Assembly (NCBI GenBank): GCA_903813345.2
Contig: CAIIXF020000001.1
Span: forward strand, 24,056,001-24,120,000
Direction of reading: 5' to 3'
DNA length: 64,000 nucleotides
From: Owenia fusiformis
Taxonomy: Eukaryota
Positions 55,001 through 64,000 of this stretch are shown here, piece after piece. The notes beneath the pieces are model-generated. The model made no database searches and was not told the origin of the DNA. It saw only the letters and a program-made list of their open reading frames with translations. The translations under genes and the position numbers were made by a program. How positions within the stretch are numbered: position 1 is the first letter of the stretch; the number at the start of each line of letters is the position of its first letter.

Positions 55001-58000
55001 TCACCCATGGTTGGTCAATATGGTTAAATAACAGATACATTAAAGCAGGCTAATTATCATTTCTTGTTTTCGCATTTTTGCAAATTTTCGCCCCACAATT
55101 AGTCATGTTAATAAAAACCATACTATTGGCAATTGAGTGATAATACCTTAATGAAATTCTGCTGTTCTTACCCACAGATTCATTCTCAGTGAATGCATTT
55201 ATAGAATGCAATGCAAGGGTTGGAATACAATAGAAAATGGCATCCCAGATTGACCATATGATCAACCATAAAGTAGAAAGGGGTATAGTTGAATTCAGGG
55301 TGCATTCCTGCCATTGTCTTACCAAATGGCATTTCACTGCAGGATGCTGATAATAATTTGTTTCTAATATCCACTAGTTTTGACGTATCTCTACTAAGCG
55401 TTCTCTCAGCTATTTTACAGCTACCATAACCTTCAAAGCAACAAAACAATCAACCTTTCCTAGCAATCAATCAATACAAACAATCAACCCCTCCTCACAA
55501 ACAAGGCTCTAATGTTACAAAAGGGAGGTGGAGAGAGGATTTAACATTAACAGTAGAACAGTATCCCTAATGCCTTGGATGATTCATTCCTAATGATCAG
55601 AAATCACCAGGGATCAAATGTGAAACCAGCAAAAGAGGGGAGGGGTGTACCATATATTTGCCACTTTCATCCTACAAATCATCCCTTAAAGACATCTAAT
55701 AAGTGCAATGCACAAGGAACCAAATGATGATTGACAAAGATATGTCAGTAGATGTATGATAGGTCTATTTATACTTGATACATGTTAATGGCAGACGAAA
55801 AATCATTCCTTTAACTCTCTGAATGCTGAATCATCATTAATGCATAATTTATGTGGACATGCTGATGCATTATGAAACTCCTGTATTCACAGGCTGGTAT
55901 CGAAATATTTGTCCGCTGTGACGGAGCATGCTATTTTTCATAAAAACACTAAGAATACTTCACGATTTATTTTTTAACTCATATGTTTCGTTATACCATA
56001 CAAAATTACTTACTCCATGCAATGGATATATCATTTGCGGGTAACTTTCACTTCTGTTTGAAGTCCAATTACGCTGGGAAGAAAAGCTATTGAAAATGGC
56101 GCCGGAGTATCATACTTCAAAATGTACCATTTCTTGTTTAACTTTCTAATGGCACGATATAGTGACACGATAATATTTACACATGGTTTCAGCATAACTA
56201 TGAAGGTATAAACGAGATGTTGATGTATTTGGTCTTTTTAATTCTTTTATAAAAAATAATGTTTAATTTTTTTGTCCGCTGTGCCGGAGCAGTTGCAAAT
56301 GTGAACTGTGAAAATGCTCCGTCACAGCGGACAAAAAATATTAATATTATTTTTTATTAAAAAATTAAAAAGACCCAATGCATTAATATCTCATTAATAC
56401 ATTCAGAGTTATGCTTAAAACATATGTTAATATTATCGTGTCACTATATCATGCCATTAAAAAGTTAAAAAAGAAATGGTACATTTTAGAGTTTGATACT
56501 CTGGCGCCGTTTTCAATAGATTTTACTCCTAGCGTTATTGGACTTCAAACAGAAGTGAAGGTTACACGCAAATGATATATCCATTGCATGGAGTAAGTAA
56601 TTATCTTTGATATAACGAAACATATGAGTTAAAAAATAAATCGTGAAGCATTTCTAGTGTTTTTATGAAAAATAGCATGCTCCGTCACAGCGGACAAATC
56701 TTTCGATACCAGCCTGTGGTATTAGTGAATTTAATACAAGCAATGCTCTATGCTTATTATCATGTTGCACAATGTATGCTAGTATTATATTTAGATACCA
56801 ATTCCTCAATATTATATATACAAGATGCAACCATGCGTTCCACCCAGTTGTGTCCAATGATTCTATGAAAACACTATAAAGCATGCCAATTATAAATCCA
56901 TGAATAATCAAAATTCCTCAGTGGAATTCAGTGAGAAAAGCATGAGAATAATGGCTTGTGTCAGTACATGAAACACATACATGTTAGTCGACAGCAATAA
57001 AGCTATATGCTAAAACTCAAAATAATAAATAAACTGTAGAAGACTAAATAATCTATAAGCTATATACTGACAAGCAACATGAGTACAACAAGCCATGAGT
57101 AACAGTGGTTCTTCTCCTATAACTTACGTAGGGAGTTATAATTGGCTACACCAGAGCTGGGGATCCGTGTTGCGGAGGTGCCACGACGAGAAGGGGTACC
57201 ACCATCCAGGAGATCTGATGCGCTACTGGAGCGCATCAACCCTCCACGACCATCAGCTGACTCTTCTGTCAACATCAATTAAATTCATTTAATCTCAATA
57301 ATCCAGGTAAACACTTTGAGGACCTCAACCAATCGGAGTTAGGATTTCAGTAATTTTTCCTTAGGATTTCAGTAGTTAGTTAGTCATCCCGAAGAACCAG
57401 TTTGAACAGTTTAAGGATATGTTAACACTATCAAAGTATCACTGCTGGGAAAATATCAATTCTTGATTCTTATTAAAATACCAGTAGGATAAAGCAGTGC
57501 CTGGAGAATGGAAACTGTGCTTTTAATTGGCTTTTAAAGATATTTCCAAACAAAGATATATGAACCAACTGCTCAGAACCACTATACAATGTAAATACTT
57601 TTATACCTGATTGAACAATCAATAAAGCAGTGCTATTTTGTTAAATACACTTATAAAAACTGTAATTCACTGTAACTGTAATAGATCTTAGCTAATAGAT
57701 CCCAAGAATTTATAAGAAGTGATAATATTGCCATAAGATTAAGGTTGAGAAATGGGCACAGTGCAGTAGGGTGGCGGTAAGCCGTATATATATATAGAGG
57801 TTCACTACAAGGTAGCTGCAGCTTGATAAAGCCCAGGTCCAAATATTCAGCAACTGACACATAAAAGAAAGCATCCTAGTACTCAGTAGATAATTATCTT
57901 ATTCAAAATCATTCAATTAGAAATATCATTTTAAGATACACATCTGATTTTTTATTTAATTAATTGTTTTTTGCAGAAGATGAGTATGTGTAAGCCTTAC

Positions 58001-61000
58001 AAGATTTATGATTCAGAATATTTCTCATTGCATTCCTTTATAGACTTATCATAACAGAAAAATGTAACGTATGAGTAATTTCTAAATATAAGTTATTCTA
58101 AGATATACACATGAGATTTAATGTGGATACATACCTGTAGTGTCACTCCTAGGGCTGGCAACTTTGGGGACCATGGACCGTCTTGGTCCTGTAGAAGTCC
58201 TCCTGGAAACACAATATCATATGAATATACAAAATATGAACACAATTACAAAATGTGAACACAGAATCAAATGATTGCAAAATGTGAACACAGTATCAAA
58301 TGACTGCAAAATGTGAACACAGTATCAAATGACTGCAAAATGACTGCAAAATGTGAACACAGTATCAAATGGTAACTGGACAACTCGGACCCAGGACAAC
58401 TCGGACCCTGGACAACTCGGACCCAAGACATCTCGGACTGCAAAATGTGAACAAAATTATCAAATGATTGCAAAATATGAATTCTGTATATTTGTGAATA
58501 TTATTGTTGATAACATCAGATCATTCAATTGTGATGCTTTCATTTTCAGCAATTGCCTACATTTCATTTGCATCTGTATTTTGAACAATCACTATCCACT
58601 TACCCATATGATGACTCACTGCCTGCCCGGTCTTGGCTGACAGACCTTGTACGTTTACTTGGGGCAGACATAGTGAGTCGCCCTGTACTTGCTATGGAGT
58701 TGTTACTAGAAGAGTTGCTGAGTTCACCCTGTAGCATCTTCTGACTCTTACTGTCTAAATTGTTGAGCAAACTCTGGGCCTGGCCTTGGAAGTGCTCATG
58801 GAAACCCCAGAATGCCCTGGAGACAAAAATAAGAGGATTTATCAAAAACCATCCAAAATATAGTCTGCTCTAGAACTTTATATCCTTTATCATGTGTGCG
58901 AGTTTGGCGAAAATCTGACGAGCAGTTTTCCTGAAACCGTGATGACATAAAAGTGGGACGATCATGATAACAATCACATCGACATCATAATGACTGTATC
59001 CTACCGATGGTGTGATAAAAATATATCAATATTTCATTATTCATTATTATCATATTATTCAATAATTTGAAGTTCAATAACTAGCTTTCCTTTTGAATTG
59101 GATGTGGTAAAGTTTGATGCATTTTTAAATTTTGCTGATCTTACTTCCTAGCATGAGCCCTTGCTTCTGAATCTGCATCTGTTAGACCCTTCTTGATAGC
59201 ATCCTGGAGCTGAGCTATATGTCTCTCTAAAGTATGGGTCTCCCATGTGTGGAGGAGGAAGTCTAGTAGCTCAAATGATGTTCTGTAAACAAAACATTGT
59301 AGCACAAATTAACATTTTGTTGATATCTTCTTACTGCAAAACATGTTGGTTTTACAATCATTTCTTAGGTTGCTTTTAAAACTATTATTTGTGATATCAT
59401 TTTCATATGTTAATACATTTTTATTAATTTCAATGTACATGCGTGTTTAAATATCTTCAGCCAAAGGGTGTTAACCACAAACCATTGTAGTGTTTTAAAA
59501 ACATATTTAAAATTGCTTCTCAAACTCACACAAAACATTAAGGCGAGCTAATTACATATATTATCATTAGAAGGAAAACTATTCACAAAATAACAGCAGA
59601 CATAACATCATGATCAAAATGTCACTTGGCATTTCACTTTCATCTTATATCTAGGAAACTTTGCTGAAGGGGTTTAAGAGTGTTACCTACCTTCTTAGTA
59701 CACTTGATTTCGATGAAAGATTACCAAATATGATGGGCAATAACCTAGGCGCATGTGTGTTCTGAAAGAAAATATGACATACATCATGATAATATTCAAA
59801 TGACACAGGGAAATGTACACCCAGTCATATAACTATAAATATATAATGGCCACAAGGAAAATATTTAATATAAGTTTTGACATTAACAAAAAAAGAGAGC
59901 ATATCACGTGTAGCCTTAGTGACAGTACTATCTTTAAACTAATATATTCATATTTTTGATGGATCTTGAAGAAAGTCAGATTAATACAGATTAAAGTGAC
60001 GCTTACCTGTACAATGAAACGTATGCATACTGTTCCAGAGCTGGCCATGATTTTAGCACTGTTGGGTACAAGGTTGATAAGGGTAGGAAATACTGCTTCT
60101 GCAAACTTATCAAACTTGTTTCCTAATTGCTGAGCTAGATACCTGTAATAAGAGAAATGATTGTCTTTCAATGTTCACATTGTTTTGATAAAGAAATTAG
60201 TCAAACATATATGTATCATCTTACCCTTCTTTTTGCATGGCAAATGATACTTGTTCTTTCCATGGACTTGGTTCATCAAGTCATCAAGGTATGTAGTATT
60301 AGTTCTTAGAAAAAAATCTTATACAATTGATTTCATGAGTCATAACCATTGTATCGCACATTGACTATTGTGTTATACAGGCTACTGTATTGCCTTAACA
60401 CTAATGTAACACAAACTATTGTACTGCATTTGAACTAATGTGACAGGTAAGGCTATTCTATTTATTACACTTACGCTAATGTGATACAGGCCTCTCTGAC
60501 AACCTGAGAACGGAGATCTTTAGCTGCCTGTATAGTACAACTCTCCAGATTCTTCAGATTTGATCTAAAGTCTTCATGGTCCATCGCTCCTGCTATCATC
60601 AATGCCCGCAGTGTACGTAACTGGAGAGAAATATTACACAAAATATAACATATGCTCGAATGAGACTGGATTTTGTTTGTAAAAACTGATGTTATCTTCT
60701 TCTGTTTTGATCATATTTATTGTATAATTCAATATCCTGTGTTTCTGATTTCATCATGGTGACCATTTGGATATGGTGACCATTTGTGTATGGTAAAAGT
60801 CTACTCACAGCTTCTACACGTTTTTCCCAAGTGTCATGATTCAGGTCTGTTAGTGCTGCTCGGATCTTTTCCATGTGATCATCTAACTCTCTACCAGAGA
60901 AAAACTGAAACATCAAATTGGTTCACTTAAGTCATCATAATCACAATGATTAAACAAGACATTAACATGCAAAATGTCACCACCTGCCATTTGTTACAAA

Positions 61001-63186
61001 CACCGAACATCGTCCACAAAAATGGTGAATACTGTATAATTGTGGTGGTGGTGCTGTACTTTTTAATATGATTATTATTTTGTAATAAAAAATAAGGATA
61101 TGATAAGTCCATATTCTTGGTGATCATGGAAGATTTGCTTTTTCCTAACTTTTTTGGTAGTTATTAATTAATATTCTTAACTCAGAGAAAAGTAATATTT
61201 TAAAGGTCAACAAATAGGCAGATTTCAGGACACAGTTTTCATTCATTATATTCAACTTTCAAATGTGAATGGATGAGATATCACAAAAATGAATGATGTG
61301 ATGTTTGTTAACAGAAAACAATAACCATTTATGTTAACTATCAGAATAAATATTACTTAAACACAGTTATTGTTCATTTGTCATTTTGAACTTCTATCAC
61401 ATTCACATAGCATCACATCCCTAGACAACGGGAAATACATCAGCCATATATGAATTATGATTGCAAATATTTCAGTTATCATGTTCAAGTAAACAAATTT
61501 CATAATTAAATGGATGAAAACAATCAAATTGTTTAATGTACTTACACTGACTTTTGGAACATTTTCAAATTCTTTAATAAACATTGATTCATCTACCCCA
61601 CCAGCTGCAGTCCCTGGAATCAAAAATGAATTAAATAAACATCCTATTTATATGAAATATCCATCTAAACATATCAATACTCGTAAGTGGGACACAGTGT
61701 ATACAGGCATTCATGATTTCTTTGTTTTGTCTGATATAGCACATATTCAAAAATATGGGAAAATAATGAAAAACATTACTCTTGATGGAAAGGTATTAAA
61801 TGCTTAAAACCCAATAATAAATAATAAAATAAATGATGTATATATAAAATGTATATCTACTTATCCCATTTTTTATGTGGATATCTACTTTTACAATTTA
61901 TGATTGAGATTATGTGACGATGCCTCAAAAGACTGAAGAGTATGAATTATGAAAGCAAACTAAGGCCATTAAGATTTGATTGTTATTCAATTATGACACA
62001 AAACTTAAAGATGACAATCATTTTGATAGGGCCTATCTGTTGGACTAAGTTAAGCAATAGAGCCCTTAAGAATATTTGAGAATGAATAAAAGTATCCTAA
62101 TTAGATCAAACATCTAATTCAAAACAATGAACAATTAAAATAGAAAAACACAAAAATACAATAATAAAGAAGTTCATCACAACAACAAAGGAAGAAAGTT
62201 TGCCTTTTTGCTTCCTGCAAGTGATATTCTTGGATACAGGAATCCTCTGTGGCGATTTGGGAGGGAGGCCAGTAGGTTCTCCTAGTTTAAACACTGGACA
62301 AATCAGTGAAGGAACAATCAATGGAAGAATAATAAATGTTTAATTCAGTATAATTCATAATCTAGTCGATATAAATTAACAAATACCAAAATCAAAATAT
62401 AAATATGCTGAATCTAGAAATTGAACCAAAGATACATGTCACTGTGGTTGTGAACTACATGTACAACTGATAAAAAGGTTATAATTGCCATTGTTGAAGT
62501 AGAGAAATATAGAATAAATAAGAAATAAGATCTACATTCATGTGACTCCTACAGTAGCTGTTAAATCTGCTTAACATGCATCTACATATACAGGGTGTCC
62601 ATTATATAACCACTCTCCCTTAAGAGTGGGAAGAGGGTGCTTTTATAAAGGACAACCTGTATTTATAAAACATCACATCATTGTGTTTATCGATACTAAC
62701 CCAGATCTCTCAGATGACCTTGTATTCAAGTCCAAAAATAATTTTGACATAAATTGTATAACAAATGTCCCATCTGGGATAATTACATCACCAAGGAATT
62801 AAGGATAAAAGAGAAGTGATTGTCGAGAGAAATTACGCTGAAAAAACAATGAAATCAATTGGGATCACTACCAAATCATAATATCATATCATAATATCCA
62901 TGGTTACAACAAATGTTTTAGGATTTAAGAAATCATGTTTTTCTGGTAATGACCCTCGAGTAATTTCTCTTGAAAACATATGTTTATCTCTTAATTGCCA
63001 CTATAGTATGCTTCTTCTTCCAATGAGTATTTTTGGCCTAGCAAGGTCATATGACACTGAGGTATCTAAGGAAGTACTCTACAGAGAGATCAAAATAGTG
63101 AAGTATATAGTGTGTGATACATGAGAGTTTACCTTCATGAGATTTAGTTCGTCTTCTGAATGAAGTCGTCTTTGCAAGTGATGACA
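31021..63186 (-). CDS. CLASP: CLIP-associating protein (CLASP / Orbit-MAST family, TOG-domain microtubule regulator); 5' end lies beyond the window
   Basis: In-frame exons include 63133-63186, 61546-61613, 60809-60904, 60475-60620, 60007-60142, 59691-59761, 59145-59282, 58604-58816, 58135-58202, 57128-57265, 52872-52985, 52158-52334, 51768-51880, 51239-51346, 43235-43338, 42993-43056, 42478-42641, 42116-42194, 40708-40851, 40121-40332, 36170-36449, 35714-35783, 33332-33522, 32533-32661, 32069-32206, 31539-31727, 31021-31125. Diagnostic peptides: KDLRSQVVREACITLA, LVPNSAKIMASSG, SGIPRSQGASRETSP (SxIP), FNLNTPEFSMMLSHLPKTFQDGATKILHNHL, ESSVRKASVFCLVA, KLLNLYIKRA. Confidence 0.95.
34299..34337 (-). 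other. Candidate 39-nt alternative CLASP microexon (APWKAMLGVKLKH, phase 1-1)
   Basis: CTCTTTAG|CCCCGTGG...AAACATG|GTGAGA; frame-preserving, stop-free, matches the phase of the flanking introns. Confidence 0.55.
36551..39930. mobile_element. Academ-type (AcademX-like) DNA transposon relic arranged as a long foldback
   Basis: TAGTC...GACTA termini with 3-bp TSD TAA (36548-36550 and 39931-39933); about 36573-38200 is the inverse of about 38550-39898; degenerate coding motifs THEETDTRLFVH, DTDVV, FFGHSKKSAFKLW, IPPTK and Cys-rich GCKVKC...CKCHGQC fit the XPG-like nuclease plus Cys8 finger end of Academ proteins. Confidence 0.75.
37513..37820 (-). mobile_element. tRNA-derived SINE inserted in the left arm of the Academ foldback
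   Basis: Minus-strand head with A box TGGCTCAGTGG and B box GGTTCGATTCC, (TAA)n tail, short CTAAT duplication; absent from the homologous position of the right arm. Confidence 0.8.
41830..41835 (-). other. Candidate 6-nt CLASP microexon (GTG AAG = VK)
   Basis: TTCCTCTGTCTTTTGCTTCCCTAG|GTGAAG|GTATAG in a phase-0 intron. Confidence 0.5.
46241..46353. mobile_element. Small nested MITE or inverted repeat
   Basis: AGAGCAGGTGTGATATTGACAA ... TTGTCAATATAACACCTGCTCT. Confidence 0.55.
46402..46629. mobile_element. Nested MITE with CAGTG...CACTG termini and internal GCACCCACCTGA repeats
   Basis: About 19-bp imperfect TIRs (CAGTGATCT...AGATCACTG); GATGA on both flanks. Confidence 0.6.
48767..48787 (-). 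other. Candidate 21-nt CLASP microexon (PAESIRK)
   Basis: TCTCCTGTGCATTATCAG|CCAGCT...AGGAAG|GTAATT, phase 0-0. Confidence 0.55.
49483..49518 (-). other. Candidate 36-nt CLASP microexon (QREDRKHHPVEE) with a NAGNAG acceptor
   Basis: CTCTTTCTACCTCCCCTAAG|CAG|CGG...GAAGAG|GTATTT, phase 0-0. Confidence 0.55.
49697..49889. mobile_element. MITE with TTAA target site
   Basis: TTAA|GGGCACTGATCATT ... AATGATCAGTCCCT|TTAA. Confidence 0.55.
50186..50270. repeat. 27-bp x3 tandem repeat
   Basis: Core GAAATAAAGGGCTGTTAAACCCA repeated three times. Confidence 0.8.
50591..50629 (-). other. Candidate 39-nt CLASP microexon (YSDSGRRRSGYGK)
   Basis: GCTTTGCTTGCATGCAG|TATTCT...GGAAAG|GTATAA, phase 0-0, stop-free. 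Confidence 0.55.
55888..56718. mobile_element. Almost wholly palindromic non-autonomous DNA transposon, CAC...GTG termini, 5-bp TSD (Transib/RAG-like or Chapaev-like)
   Basis: GTATT|CACAGGCTGGTATCGAAA ... TTTCGATACCAGCCTGTG|GTATT; two ~400-bp inverted arms with a ~20-bp spacer near 56292-56312. Confidence 0.85.
58203..58480. repeat. ~27-bp minisatellite next to a CLASP acceptor, interrupted by a truncated MITE end (58371-58438)
   Basis: Unit AAATGTGAACACAGTATCAAATGACTGC; insert GGTAACTG(GACAACTCGGACCCA-like)x4 resembles the termini of the 24454-25084 element. Confidence 0.8.
62591..62659. mobile_element. Tiny Tc1/mariner-type MITE relic
   Basis: TA|CAGGGTGTCC ... GGACAACCTG|TA. Confidence 0.5.
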
Positions 63187-64000
63187 CTAAACAAAATCAG
63201 TTAGGATAAGAAATTGTAATAAAAAAGTTATCTTTTTGTATATTTTGAATCATGATTCATGATACAAGCAAGGATGAATGAAACAAACAAAAAAAAGTAT
63301 GACATGAAAAACCTTGAGAAATATCTACAGCAAACATCGCTCTCGGCAACATCAGAATCTTATCTCCAATCAAGATTTTTTATTACAAGACATCCTTTTT
63401 TATCAAAAATCCTTTTTGTCAAAGGTCACAACATGTGAAATAGAATTCAGATTCTGATTAAAACTACTAATCCAACAACCGATATCTTAAAAATGCTAAG
63501 AGAAAAAAACTTAAATGACTGTTTTGCGTAATTAACCTGAGGGCCTGATATGGTATTTAGTTATATTAGGATTTATGGTAGATGTTTGGACAATATGTGC
63601 TAACAAAAGAAGGACTCTAAAGATGCAAGAGGGTGTTGGCCTGTGATTGGCATCTATGTTAACGATATGTTAGCCTCGGGTAGAATTCGGACAAAAACAA
63701 ATACATTACTCACGGACTTCACATCAATTGACAATAACATTGCTTTTCATAGCCTTTTTTCACAAAATTATTCCTAAGTATTCAAGTTTATGGATGTGTT
63801 GATGTTAGAGTGCTGTTTCAATGACAAAGTTGGTGATATAGATGCCAAAACCGCCAAAGGCTTCAAAAATGGTGCCAAAACGGGCACTTTATAACAATTA
63901 TTTAAACTCAATGAAGCAGGTGGATTAGCACATGGTACATAGTTACATATTGAATAGACCATTTTGTGTTCATTTGATACAGTCATATCCTTAAGATAAA

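Noticed and set aside
31021-64000. Nested U4atac snRNA, as in human CLASP1 intron 2
   Set aside because: No recognisable U4atac sequence seen, and the equivalent early intron lies beyond the window.

Overview
AT-rich, intron-rich animal genomic DNA, probably from an invertebrate (likely spiralian; the species cannot be named from sequence alone). Most entries in the ORF track are exon fragments or spurious. Splicing by hand gives six genes: (1) the 3' end of a polycystin/PKD1-like channel gene (+, 768-4143); (2) a 20-exon, ~995-aa type I membrane protein with two ependymin/LolA-like repeats and four PAN/apple domains (-, 5092-13814); (3) an intronless 191-aa multipass membrane gene that looks prokaryote-like (-, 14042-14617); (4, 5) two tandem paralogous 3-Ig-domain, probably GPI-anchored genes (-, 16379-21527 and 22477-28176); (6) most of a CLASP gene (-, 31021 to beyond 63186) with several candidate microexons. 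Introns hold two Academ-type foldback elements, an 831-bp palindromic CAC/5-bp-TSD element, a tRNA-derived SINE and many MITEs. The strongest unexplained signal is an intron present in only one Ig paralog that contains a 45-bp tandem array resembling its own exon-exon junction, a candidate case of intron birth by tandem duplication. Similar splice-site-anchored duplications recur across the window. All exon models and family assignments were made by eye and need computational confirmation.
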